Positions 51,078-64,000 of a stretch of 64,000 nucleotides of DNA are shown piece after piece. This DNA comes from Geosiphon pyriformis uo1 (Eukaryota > Fungi > Glomeromycota). Position numbers and translations under genes: made by a program. Under the pieces are notes generated by a model. That model made no database searches. It was not told where the DNA came from and saw only the letters and a program-made list of their open reading frames with translations. The DNA lies in assembly GCA_016748015.1 (NCBI GenBank), contig JAAOMT010000597.1, positions 783,181 through 847,180 on the forward strand. Reading direction: 5' to 3'. Every line of letters starts with the position of its first letter. The stretch's first letter is position 1.

Positions 51078-52812
51078 TTACAATTTACATTGACGGAAAG
51101 CACGAGGAAAAGATACTACATCTCGGATATTGTCTAGACCCGTAATAAATTGAAGAAAACGATCGAATCCTAGTCCATACCCACCATGAGGAACGCTTCC
51201 GAATTTTCTAAGATCTAAATACCATTGGTATTCTTCACTGTCTAACCCATTCTCAGTTATCTGTTCTTGAAGATTTGCGTATCGTTCCTCTCTTAGACTA
51301 CCTCCAATAAGCTCACCAATTTTTGGAACGAGTAAATCCATGCAGGCAACGGTGGTTCCATCCTGATTGCTACGCATATAAAAAGGTTTAAGCAATCTAG
51401 GATAATCCGTGATAAATACAGGGGCACAACAGTAATCAGTCGCCAAATATTTTTCATGCTCGCTTTGAATCAGCTGCCCCCATTTGGGAACAAAGATGAA
51501 TTGCTGTTGTGAATTAGCGAGAATATCAATAGCTTCATTGTATGTCATTCGTACAAAAGGCTTCTTTTGTGTGGCTTCGATACGATCAAGGCTACTTGTA
51601 TCGATCCATTGGTTAAAAAATTTCAGATCTTCTGAGCAATTATCCAAGATATATTTTATAGTATTTCGAATGAGATTTTCACTAATATCCAAAAGTTCCT
51701 CAAGCTGTGTGACAAATGCAACTTCTGCCTCCAACATCCAAAACTCTGCCAGATGTCTTGAAGTTTCTGATTCCTCGGCACGGAATACCGGACCAAAAGT
51801 GTAAACACGAGATAAAGCTGAAGCCATAACTTCTGCGTGGAGCTGACCAGAGACCGTTAAATATACCGGTTTCTCGAAGAATTTTTTTTTTTTATCTACT
51901 GATTCTTTGGTATCCATATGACTTTTTTGTGACTGAGTTTCAAATTTATCCGGGTGGTATTTTTTTGAAAATACCTCAAACACCTTCCCACCCCCCTCGG
52001 AATCTGAAGTGGTCAAGACAGGGGTTTGAATGCGAACGAATTCATGTTCCTTTAAATTGAGAATACTAATTTAACCTCCAATTGAGACAAATCGCAAGAA
52101 ATCAGTAAAATCGGGAATTTTTTAATCATACTCGTAAGAAGTTTTCAAATCCAATTATTGCATAATTTCGAACACGTGCCAATGCTGTAAAAGTGTTTGA
52201 GCGGGAGCGAAGGTGAGGTATTTCCCGTAAAAATTCAAAGCTGTGATGTTTCTTCTGCAAAGGGTATTGCTGGATTATCAATAATAAAATCAGTATGATT
52301 TAATATTTTTCCAATTTTATTTCTTTACTTCATACTTACAACAGGATCACATTCTCCAAAAATAGAAATATTTTCAGCTTGCAGCTCTTTATTTTGCTCA
52401 TTTCCAGGGCTCTTTATTAGCTTTCCTTTTATTTTAACAGCTGTGCCTGTCGTCAACCTTTAGAATCGAAATCAGGATTTAAATTCTATTGAATTCTGGT
52501 GACCAAAATGATTATTAAAATAAAAACATACATATTCGCCTGTTCTTTTTTTAAAATAGCTTGTATACCTTTTGAAAGCGTACCATCATTGATTTCTGCA
52601 AAAGAAACGTTTTTTTGCTTTCTGACAGAACGAACCCATCCATAAACTTCTATATCCGAACCAATTGGTGAATTTTGAATTATATTTTTGACAGTTTTAT
52701 TGAATAATGGTCGCCGGGATTTGTTTAAAGAACCTCCAAAATTTTTCAAAATTTTTTTACTAGCCCTATGCGCTGAAAATAAGTGTGAACTAGAGAAGCC
52801 AACGAAAGACAT
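51078..52812 (-). CDS. SLM5: Mitochondrial asparagine--tRNA ligase (NARS2/Slm5 type), 4 exons
   Basis: Basic/Ser-rich presequence; OB fold [19 protein letters not shown]; [15 protein letters not shown]; [11 protein letters not shown]; [16 protein letters not shown]; [12 protein letters not shown]; [11 protein letters not shown]. Confidence 0.93.
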
Positions 52813-53279
52813 AAGAGAAGTTTGAACGAAAATACTTTATAATATCAATGTTTCGGATTAATAATAAATGAAAAAATTTTATCGAGTCATCTGATCAATG
52901 CAAGCACATGTACTTTAAAGAGCTAGCAGTTAGGGGTTAGCGTGATTCTAACGTGACTTGACTATAGGAAAGAACTATAAATCCATCTGATTCACTTTTC
53001 GAATTGTGAAATGTGAAAAAAGAATTTAGTATTGGGCTATTATTTATTTGCAAAATGAGGTTTTAATGTTCTAACATTCCAACAACTATATTAAATAAAA
53101 ATTTAGATGAATTAATGTATTGCAAGGATTTCATTGTTCATCAAAATAAAATTGAATCTATAGAATAATGATTTTTCATTTGAATAAAATTCACTTTTTA
53201 AAATGTAAATTATCAAAGGAATAAAATAATAGCAATAATAACTTTTTATACCCACTCATATAATAGGATTGCTAAGCTT

Positions 53280-53810
53280 CTACATGACCCTCAGAAAAGG
53301 ATTATAACTACATAAAATATAAATTTTCTCGGCTTTCAATTTGTCATGGTCTGACACCTTAAAAGGGATGACAATTGCGTCAAACTCACGAGTGAAAACA
53401 TGAACTAAACAAAAAGCCACCCTAAAAACTAAGTTCACCTTTCTGTGGATTTCATTATGCATATGCCCAATCCTTCATCGTATGTGTGAGAACGCTTTGA
53501 AATGGAGAGAGTCAGTTGGACTTTTTTTGAAATGGAGAGAGTCAGTTGGACTTTTTTCGAAATGCGGTCATCCATATACTTGTCACAAGAGCCTTTATCA
53601 CCCACGCTTTTAGAAGGAGATACTAAGTGAAGAGTGGGCAAACGTTAGAATTAATAGAAACTGCATGGATGGATAGCACGTCCGCGGACTTGTCTTTACG
53701 TCTCATAGACCCAGGAAAGCGTCCATTTGTTATTTTGCTGAGAACATATAACCTTTCTTGGTAGCGGTGGCATTTTAGGAAATTAGTTCGAGCAAATGGA
53801 AAGAGACATT
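53280..53810 (-). pseudogene. Degraded coding-like sequence, paralogous to 8400-9250
   Basis: Shared collinear blocks; peptides SHTYDEG and VFTREFDAIVIPF; frameshifts. Confidence 0.55.
53496..53564. repeat. 30-bp perfect tandem duplication
   Basis: tttgaaatggagagagtcagttggactttt twice, plus a partial third copy. Confidence 0.9.
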
Positions 53811-54619
53811 ATAGATCTTTCCTTGCTTATCGATAGGCATTATTCCGCAAAAATTTTCAGCAGCGATAATAAATTTTTTTTTGCCTCACTCATATTGAGT
53901 TTGAAAATTTTCAATCCCAACTGTTTGAGAAGCGACTCAGGAAGGATTGATGAAATGTCAAAATCGTCATTGATATTGATAAACAACTTTGACGGATCAT
54001 TTTTTGTGCCTAAAAATGATGGAAAGGCTGCGTAATTTTTTATGGATAAGTGTGGAGAATTTAAAAAATCATTTTTGCTCTTCAAATATAAATTTGAATT
54101 TGAATTTTCTTCGTGATTGATTGATGATGAACATTACAAATCATAAAAAATATTTATGATGGTTGTCAATGATTCTGAAAAGATGATGAGGCATATTTCA
54201 TGCATCAGGCACAAGCCATTGCGGGAGGTTAAAGTGATTGAATATAAATAGCAACCGATTTGCCTATTTCTTCTGATATCTTTACATCACAAAACAACCG
54301 GTTTCTTTCCTTGGTGCTTCGAAAAACTCATTTTATTTCTATTTGTTTATAAACTTTATTTCCAAAAGCTAGGTAAACAATATACAAGATAAATAAAGTA
54401 TTGCTTTATATTATTGAAAAGTTTGCCAAAAGACCTTTACCTGATAACTAAATAGTTTATATTCTTTCAAAAGGTAGGTCCTAAAAATTATAAGCCATGA
54501 TTAGCACGTGATATTCTCAACTAATATTCTGCATATTCTTTATATAAAAAAAGTCGTCGCGTAGGAAGAATTTTCAAAACAACAGAGCGATCTTCTAAAA
54601 CCAGATTAGAAACTCAACC

Positions 54620-56709
54620 ATGTTTTCCAATCCACCCTCACCCAGTACTACACCACGTTTGCAGTGGGAGATCGATTTAGATCGGAACGAAACAGATACT
54701 AGAGAGACCTATGCCGAACTTACAAATGGCTTGGGAGTTATTCGACCTTTCAAGACACAAATGCAAGAAAATATTGCAAGGCAAATCCCAATCAGTGCCA
54801 ATAGTATGGTAATGACCGCTAATCAACTTCAGTATTCAACTGCTTCTGGATTCCCATCACTTCAATCTTCACCCAATACAACCTCATCGGTTAGCGGAGC
54901 GCCAGAAAACGGGACAGGGCTTTTGGAGACTTCATCTAACATTGATGGGACTACCCTCTTTCTTCAATCGCCGACAATAGAACCATCTGTCCAAGAAAAA
55001 AGCAGTGTCATTGATCCTAGGCTTGAGAATCTTCTCGCTTCCCCGGCAGTTGGCCCTAAACTTCCAGCTATACAAGTCCAAAATTATACCTGGGAACAAA
55101 ATTCAGAAACCAAGAATTTTATGGCTAACCAATCAGGAATACCTATCTATCAACAGTGGATCCCTTATCAAAATTATTATGGTGTGAATCAACCTTCGAT
55201 GTGGAAGACAATGCCTAGTGCTTTATCAAACTCAACTGCAGCCTCAAAATCTCCATGTGTAGACCCAGATTGTGTACAATGTCATTATGGCCATATGCTA
55301 GCCAACCAAGCATCAGTAAATTCGCAATATTATATCACAATGCAGAGCGGTCAACCTTACGATTCATTATCTGAAGGAGTTTCTCCAACAGCAGTTTATG
55401 CTCCTCGTGGTTTTCCTCCTGCTCAATTTCCGACTAGCACACCAATCAAAAGAGAATTAAGTGATCAAGAAATTAGTGATTTAATTGCGAGAGCAAAAGC
55501 AGAGTGTGATGAATGCACAACCAATATGAAAAAGCGGCGTTCTCGCAGAAAGCTCAAGGCTACTTCTGAAACCTCACCTGAAATAGCGGAAAATCAAATA
55601 GCAGCAGAGGGCTTCAGAGGGAGACTAAATCCGGCTTCAGCTTCATCATCATCATCATCATCATCCTCTTACACTACTCCTGCTGCAGTATCTATGAGTG
55701 AAGAAGGGCCAAGAACTAAATCAGGTGAGCTATTGCGATGTACTAATTGTGGGGCACATGATACACCTGCATGGAGACGAGATTTGGAAGGTGTAGCATT
55801 GCTTTGCAATGCTTGTGGACTATAGTAAGTAAAGTTCCAATGATTTATTAAAATTGCGTTACAAAGCATATTTCTAATTCGTTATGACCTTAAATTTAGC
55901 TTGAAAATCAAAGGCCGTCACCGTCCGACTGAAGTTGGCCCCGATGGCGAAATTCGTCTTGCCAAACCTGACCGGCCTGATTATCAAAATTACCGATGTG
56001 AAAATTGTGGTGCTAACGAGAGTCCTTGCTGGAGAGGACCATCTGGACATAAACTTTGTAATTGCAAATTTTAAGTTTTCATGGCAAATTTCTTTTCGTT
56101 TGATGCTTTCGCGTGATATTAATGTAAAACTAAAATTTAGGTAATCGGTGTGGTCTTTATGAAAAAACTCACGGCCGTTCTCGCCCCTTAACTCCAAATC
56201 TATCTCGTTTGCCAAATAACCCATGTACGTCTGCGATTCAAAATACTTTAATCTCCTCGGCAATTCAAGGTATGCCAACTGCCTCCGCAATACAAAATTC
56301 CCCAGGCCAATCTGGAGCTGGGAATACGACTCCGTCGAGCGGAATTCAGAATCAAATAAGTTCAACGGGAAGGGAAGCTCAAGATCTACACTCTCAGCCT
56401 CTAATCCCAAACAGACCTACACCTGGTGCTCATGATGAAAAGACAGAAATTGAGACTTCAGTTAAAAACGACGTTCAAAATAGGAATGGAATTCAGGAGA
56501 CTGCGGCTATGCTTCAGAATACTTCTATAAATTCTGTTACTGCCGATACCAAACCGATAAATGGTATTTCAAATATGCGTTCTTTATCACAAATTCAAAA
56601 CATTCTTTCATCAGCTTCAGAATCTCATCAGCCAGTTTCACCAAAAGAAGGTCATTCTTACAGTTCATGTTCCTCGTCAAACTCTGCTTGCAGATATAGG
56701 CCATATTAA
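54620..56709 (+). CDS. Two-finger GATA zinc-finger transcription factor, 3 exons
   Basis: Finger 1 CTNC-X18-CNACGLY. Introns 55825-55899 and 56058-56140. Finger 2 CENC-X16-CNRCGLYEKTHGRSRP, continuing in frame into ORF 56209-56709. Confidence 0.88.
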
Positions 56710-58562
56710 TTGACATCGCATAATCCTCTGAGCGGTTTTAATGGTTTTGTGGTATTCCTAAAGTCTCATCCCATAAATAGAAGAACACAATGTTTTCAAA
56801 GTTGCCTTTCCTTTTTCTTTAATTAAAAGGTGTTTTTTAGGTCGTTTCATTTATTTGCCAAAATTTTTTTGCGATTTTAATTTAAAAAATTGGTAGCGCA
56901 GCTTTTTTAATTTAAAAGCTTCGAGCCATTCAACAAATCAATCATTTAAATCTAAAAAAAAGTTATTCTAGCGAGAATTACCGTTGGGTTTCATGGATAA
57001 AAAGATTTATAAGGTAAATTCAAAATTGCAGAAAAATCATTCCTAATTTTCACTTGAAATTGAATAGATTATCAAACGTTTGCCCAATATTTAAAATTTC
57101 GAAGTCATCACACTTTTGTAGAAATTTTTAAATTGACATGGAACCCAATCTTTGAAACTTTTGTTTTAGATTAATATTTTAAATCTAGATTGTCTATATA
57201 GTTTCCTCAGCTTGAAAAGGACTTGATAAAAACTATATTTTAGGGAAGGCTGGTGATCCCATCTACAATTATTTTAAGCACAAAGGATATGATTTGAATG
57301 AAATGCATACAAATAATACCTTGGGCTTTTCTGGATTTCAAGTTAAAGGTTATAAACTATACAGAGCATCAAAGATTTCTACCATTTTCGAATTCAGATA
57401 AGAAAATACTTGTTCATAACATATCACAAAATTTCGTCTAGTTTTTTCTAAAAAGATTTTTCCTTCATAATTTCAAACTTTATTTAGTCTGAAACATTTT
57501 CTACAGTTTTGTTATAATTACAAAATTAACTGCACAAAGGCGATGCTGCAGCGCCCAATCTTACCTTTAACATTTACACGTCAAATCGAACAAAAAGCTC
57601 GTAATAAAATTTATAATTATACAAAACATCTAGCTTCTTTCAACGGGAGAAATTGAATATTTGATTCCGCAAATTTAGTTTAAAGAAAGATTCTGTGCTA
57701 GATCTTCGAAAACTCAAAAAATCAGGCGTCTTCTTTAAACCAATTACATTTAGCTCTATAAATTTTATAGGAAAACAAAATATAAATTCCTGATCCTAAT
57801 ATTTTCGGCTTTTTTTAAAGTAGAATAAAAGTAATGAGCTTCCTTCCAGCTAGGCTATTACCGAAGAATATTCCCAAACCTTCCTAAAGATATGTCAAAT
57901 CTAAAACGAGCAAGGATATCTCTTTTGTTTGTGAAGTTTTTTTAGCTACCTAAGAGGAAATTTGAAAAATGGAAATCTTTCTACTTTAAGTTTTAATTTG
58001 AAATTTGCCTGCCTACCAAAAATTCAAATTGGGGGATAAATTGACATTGTCAGCATTCAGACGTTGAAGGCTAAATGAGCCTATGGTCGATTTCAAAGTT
58101 AGATTTCATAAAAAAGTTCTCATTGTAAGATTAGGATCGATAATCAAAGACTCGAAAACTCGATTCTTGGGCTTATTTAAGCCAAGGGTTACATTATTTT
58201 TGTCATTTTATAAAATTAAAAAAGTTGAGCTATTTCATTTTGGGCTTTCTAGGCATATTCTAGAAATCCCATCCTTCTGATGGTTTCACTCGCAATTGAA
58301 CTCTCTGTTGCATAATTTTAGCCTTTATAAAGCACCCATTGCAAAGGGCAATGCAACACGTGTGAACACTGACAGATTTTTTTTGTAACCGGGTACAATG
58401 GCGTCTGAACCCCCTGATTTTCATTTAGCATTAAAAATATTTCTATTTTCATTGAAAATCAGCTGTTATTTTTATCAGAAATTTTTACAAAATAAGAACT
58501 TCAAAGGGAAAATTTTCCCCCCAACCTAAAAGACAAGGCAAAAAGCACTTTTGAAAATTAAT

Positions 58563-61377
58563 ATGAAGCATTTCAAAAACCATACACACTCTTCAAGCCC
58601 TCAAGCAGACATCCAATATATCCCACAAAATTTCACAGACGCCTCTTTTGAAAATGCATTATTACGTAACTATACATTTACTGGCTCACCACAGGTGAAT
58701 GCTTCTTTGCAGCGAAAAATGAGGGGAAAAGCTACTGAGGAACTACATCAGCAGAATGAAATTGGTAGCTACGTAAGCCATGATATTAGCCAAAAAGTAT
58801 GATAAATTTTTTCAGGGCCAGATATTAGTCCAGGGATTAACAATTTTCAAACACTTTTTTAAATTTTCCTTTGAGAGCAGTTCTCGAATGTTAAAAACCC
58901 AGTTCTAAATAATGAAATTCGGGAAGAAAAACTAAGAGATTCCTCGTCTCAGCAATATTTTGAAAGAGAAGAAGATGGTCAATATGAAGCTGATGATGAT
59001 ATGGAATCAAAGGCATGGTGAATAAACTTTATTATTTATTTTCTATTATAAGATATTTTAATCTTTTATGATTCTAGGTGGAGTCCTTTTATTCTTCCGA
59101 GCAAGAGCGAGCCGAAAAAGACAAGGATCTTACAGGATTCCAAAGAAAATGCTACTATTTCTTCGAGAAACCGACTTCATTATGGGGAAAGATATTTTCG
59201 ATTATATCGAACATTTGCATTTTAGGGATTATGATCCTTCTTTGTGTTAATTCTTTGCCAAGTGCGTATGTTCAAAACTGGCAAAGCTATCGTCAAATTT
59301 GGTATGTTTTACATTATTATCAGTTAATATTTAGATGATTGTTAAAAATTTTGATTCGAATTTTAAGGCTCCCAATTGATATCTTCATTGTAATTGTCTT
59401 TACCATTGAATATCTTGGTAAAATGTGGGCTTCGACTGACAAGTTGAAATTTATCCTGAGTACATAATATTTCTGTCAGTTATTCTCAATTTTTTTAAGA
59501 AAATGTAACACTTCAAATTTTTTTAAAGCGTTTTGGAGCCTTGTTGACTTGGTTTCACTGATTCCATTCTATATTGAATTAGCTTTGCCTTTCACGTCTG
59601 TGGTAAATTTCACATTACATATTAAGACTTCTTTAGAGAATACTTCGAATATTCTAAACTATTTAGCATCATGTAGTCAGAATTTCGATATTTATCATTA
59701 TTGCGCTTGTTCAAAACCCTCAAGATTTTTCAGCCTGAGAAACATTCAGTTGGATTCAATGTAAGGATATTTACGCTTTTAAAAAGTTCGAAAATTGATA
59801 ATTTTTTTTTTCATCTATATATTTCTTAGTTAACCCATCGAGTATTTCGACGTTCTGCCGAGCAAATCTTTTTGGTCTCTTTTTGGGTAGTGGTTATCAT
59901 TCTCCTCTCATCTCTTCTCCTCTATTACCTCGAGCGTGGGGATTTCGATTATGAAAAAGGGGTCTGGTATAGAGCCAATTTTGATGGAGAAATTGAAAAA
60001 AGCCCATACCAGTCAATTTTGCATAGTTTTTGGTGGTCAATTGTTACTCTTACAACCACAGGATACGGTGATGCTGTGCCTATCACACTGGCTGGGAAAG
60101 TAATAGCTGGGCTTACAATGCTATGCGGGATATTGGTAATCGCAATCCCAACTTCAATTATTGGCTCAAATTTTGTCACTGAATTCGCTCTTCTTCGACG
60201 AATGGAATTTCGGGTGCGATTGCGAGAATCTCAAAAAAGAGCGGAAACACTGAAACACGACTATAATGTGAACAAAATGCAACGTATTGAAATTCTCAAA
60301 GATGCTAATCAAACCATGCTTGAGGCTATGGCCGATATTCAAGAAAGATTGATGGAAATAAACCCACCACGTTATTGGGAAAAATACAAGCTTTTGCAGT
60401 TAGATTATCATAAAGCCATAAATCGCATCGTTGAACTGGAGGAAAAGCTTGCGAAAATGAAACGCATCGCCCAGAATCTGAATAAGTTTAATAATAGTTT
60501 GAATCCACGCCGCCCAAGAAATTACTTTCCGAAAGGTGGATTATGGAGCCGGAGTGAAACTCCTGAAATAAGTGAATCTGGCGATGATGAAAATTCTTCA
60601 TTCACAACAAAAAAAGTAAATGAAGCTTTAAAAAGATTACATTTTCAGAAGTCTTCAAATTCAAACGTCAATTTCGACTTACCAGGTAATGAGTCAATCA
60701 AAGAGCTTTCGAATCAAGATTATCTTAAGCTAACTACACCCAAGGTAAGAAACCCTTTGAGAATAATCACCCAAATTCGCAAAAATTTGTCGTTTCGCCG
60801 CAAAAATCAGAAAGTTGGTTTCCACCAATCCCCAAATATCACGAGTGAAAGTGGCCCTTCGGTCAATTTCAACTATACAACTGAAAATGTCGACATCCGT
60901 CCTGTTGAGTACATTGAAGAAGATTATCGTGAGGCTGTATTAGATTCTGATACCATATCTGACAATGAAGATAATCCACAAAGTGTAATGACTACACCAT
61001 CGACCGCCCTTGAATTAAAAATAGCCAATTTTGTAGCTGGACATATAAGAACCCAATCTCGCCGTGAAAGTTGTGAAACCGTAAAACAAATGGTTGGACA
61101 TGTATCCACAACAGCTCAACCTGGCCGGCGAAGTAGCGAAAAGCCCAGGCAACTGGTTGATCTGTTTCAAAACAATAGTTCTGAATTACTTAATGATGAA
61201 GGTTCAATTACTGTGGCTACTTCATCGTTACAAAACAATCCACAAAGTTCCTCACCCCTCAGAAGATCACTTGGAACCGATCTTCAAATCACGGAAAGGG
61301 CAGAAAACTTCAACGATAATATTGAGATAATCGTTAATAGTTCTTCCCAAGATCCAAAATCGCTTGAAATGAAATGA
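58563..61377 (+). CDS. Voltage-gated (Shaker/Kv-like, 6TM) potassium channel, ~7 exons
   Basis: FFEKPTS (pre-S1), FTIEY (S2), VDLVSLIPFY (S3), RYLSLLRLFKTLKIF..KHS (S4), SFWWSIVTLTTTGYGDAVP (pore filter), GILVIAIPTSIIGSNF (S6), and a C-terminal coiled coil. Confidence 0.92.
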
Positions 61378-61579
61378 TTAAGAAAGTTTTGTGACCATTT
61401 TTCAGATCCCATTTTTATTTTTTGAACATGTGATTTGTTAAGTTTAGAATTTAAATTATTGCTAATGCATTAAAAAGATGATTTTAGATAGTATTCACAA
61501 TAAAAATGAATATTTCTTAACTCGACATTTCATTGGGCTTAGCAGTTAGCAATTAAAAAATTAAGTTATGGTTAGTGTT

Positions 61580-64000
61580 TTTTGGTGAAGTCTCTGGTGT
61601 CTGCTGGTCTGACAATCTGCCATTGTGCATTTTAAAACTTCTGAAGCTTTTGAAGCTGCTCTAGCTTGGTCAATTCTGGTGAAAAAAAAACAATATTAGA
61701 ATTCTTTTTCTTGTCAACCAAGACCAAGTTGGTAAATCTTCTGTTTGGCTTACTGCTTTTGAAATCAGTAATATGATTGCTCAAATACATGATTGAACTT
61801 GTTTTATTTCTTAGTTTCTTAAATTTAAATACTGGCAAAGATATACTATTGTTGCTTTTAATTATCAAAAAGCTTTTAATGATGTTATTATTAAGGCTGA
61901 TATCTTTTTAAAGCTGTTAAAGTTTGGATTATCTGGCTTTTAATTGTTTCTTTTGATTTACCAAAACTTTTGTTGATTCAATAATTTATGTCAAAACATT
62001 GTTTTTTTTGTAATAAGCCATAAAATAGAATCTTAAGTATTGTTAAATTCTAAGCTAAATTTTTTAAGATTTAAGTTTAGGAGTTTTGTGGAGTCTATTA
62101 TTAAACTTATTGAATTTTTTGTGTTTTTTATTAGTATTAAAAATATTCATAATATAATTACTAATATAAAATTTTCTTATATATAAATTTTTAATTAAAC
62201 CAAAAAAAATATAGTATATATTTTTTTAATAAATTTTATATAAAAAAATTAAATATAACAAAAAATATTTTGTGTAAGCGTAATAAAAGAATACAAATAA
62301 TTATTTAAAAACCTAAAAAAAAACACCAAAAAAAAGCTTGTAAAAAAACCAAAAATAAATTAAAATAAAAGTTATTTTAATATATATTAAACATTTGATT
62401 TTTTAATAAAAATTTGTAATTATTATTACATTTATTGCATTTTAAATTTTTTTTAAAATAAAATAATATTGTTACAAATTAAAATAATACACTAATAAAG
62501 AGCAAAAAAAACAATTATTGTATGCTAAAAAATGATTAAAGAATAAATTCAATATACAAGATTAGTTTTATAAATATCTTCGTCGTTATTCTTTCTAAAA
62601 AATAACAAAAGAATCTGAAGATAAAAAATAGTCTATATTATTAACAAAAAATAATGCAGCTGTTATAATTATATGTTTTATGTTAATGTTTTTATAAATC
62701 AAAAAAAAACAAAAAAATAGTCAAAAAAATAAAGAATTAATATTATATTAATATTTGTTTAAATAAATAATTTTCTATAGTTTTTAGAAAGCTTTATTAA
62801 AAATAATAATAATTAGATCAATAATTAGATTAATTATTAAGTTAATAACTAAGTTAATAATTAATTTAACAATCAAATTATTAATCAAATTAATAATTAT
62901 ATTAATCATTTATTTTAAATAGAGTGTGATTAATATAAATAATATGAGTGACTAATATATATAGTCAAATAATTAATATAACTAAGATTCAACTGTAATA
63001 ATATATTTTATTTATATTAAAATTTGGTTTGCATTATTAACTCAAATATTTTTTTACCAATTTAATTATAAAATAAGCTTTATATAATACTTTCAATGTT
63101 TATAATAATGTATTATTTATTATTATGAAATAAATTAAAATATTAAACAGAAAAATTTAATAATATTGACTTCTATTTATTATTGTTTTTTGATTTTTTA
63201 AAAAAATTTGTAAATATTTGTTTAAAATCTTATTTTGATAATTTCTAGTTAAATTTATAAACTATTTTTTTTAATACAAATATTTTTTTAAAAATATAAA
63301 AGACAATATTTTTGTTTTTTTTGCTTTGATTTTGGGATTTATAATAAATTTTATTTTTATATATATCTACTTCTGTATATAATAATATTACTCAATAATT
63401 TATTTTAATATTAAAAAATTCACAAATTAAAGTAAACTGAATATGTATTGTTTAGCTAAAACATTCAAATATTAAACAAACTATTTTTAAAAATTAAAAA
63501 TTAATTTATAATATTAATAAAAATATTACAGCTGTTATTATTCTATGTTTTAATTAACACTATTAAAATTTAATAACAAATAACCAAGCTGACGATTAAA
63601 TCAATAATTAAGTAAATAATTGAACTAGGGTTTCCAATTAACTTAAATTAAATTAACTGATTCTGTATAGTATAAGAAGAGTTGAAAATAGCTAAACAGA
63701 AATTTGTAAAAGAAAAAAGATTAAATTCAGTATTTTCAATATAATTATATTAGTAATAGTTATAAAAAATATTGTTTAATTGTAAGAAATAGTTTTTGTA
63801 TCATATATTTACTTTGTTTCATTTTGTTTCAATATATGTTATATACAAAATTTATAAAAATTTTGAATATTAAGTATTATAAATTTATTATTAAAAAGTA
63901 GTAGCTTTTATAAAATTTAATACTTTAAGCCTTAAAAATTGCTTACTAAATTTAGCTATTCAGATTTTAAATAAAATGCAAATTTATAAAACCACTAACG
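61580..64000. other. Decayed coding-like fragment grading into an extremely AT-rich tract (probable transposon relic)
   Basis: Residual minus-strand ORF 61632-61868, then very low GC to the window end; family not identifiable. Confidence 0.4.

Noticed and set aside
52929-52941. Telomeric repeat
   Set aside because: Only one to two TTAGGG-like units, internal; at most a promoter telo-box.
53496-53564. CRISPR-like array
   Set aside because: Head-to-tail duplication without spacers, eukaryotic context, no cas genes.
53840-54085. Retropepsin-like fragment (SILPESLLKQLGLK)
   Set aside because: No D-S/T-G catalytic motif and no adjacent gag/pol remnants; resemblance too weak.

Overview
AT-rich, intron-containing eukaryotic DNA from an early-diverging fungus. 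The gene content (TRP-like channel, MATA-type HMG boxes, class-3 lipase family, animal-type ferritin, Kv channel, BRAT1) points to Glomeromycota/Mucoromycota, plausibly a Geosiphon/Ambispora-like genome (inference). By manual splicing I find about 12 apparently intact or near-intact genes: a 5'-truncated TRP-like channel, a GPI-anchored S/T/N-rich protein, a small His/Asp-rich protein, an HMG-box factor, BRAT1, a Ser-less lipase-3 homologue, ferritin, a PD-(D/E)xK-like nuclease gene, a GH17 glucanase, mitochondrial Asn-tRNA ligase, a two-finger GATA factor and a Kv channel. There are also pseudogenes (HMG, GH17, lipase, and an unidentified pair of degraded paralogues), microsatellites and extremely AT-rich decayed tracts. 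The most striking item is the intact multi-exon nuclease-like gene at 38496-41416. It forms a normal-GC island inside an AT desert, is bracketed by a 16-bp direct repeat, and its second intron holds a ~150-nt GC-rich segment that folds on the sense strand into a multi-stem RNA. This is a candidate mobile nuclease plus intron-hosted structured RNA system. Other highlights are a fungal BRAT1 retaining the C-terminal DCY motif, two lipase paralogues with Gly at the nucleophile position, and several non-canonical splice donors. All calls are by eye; no database searches or folding programs were run.
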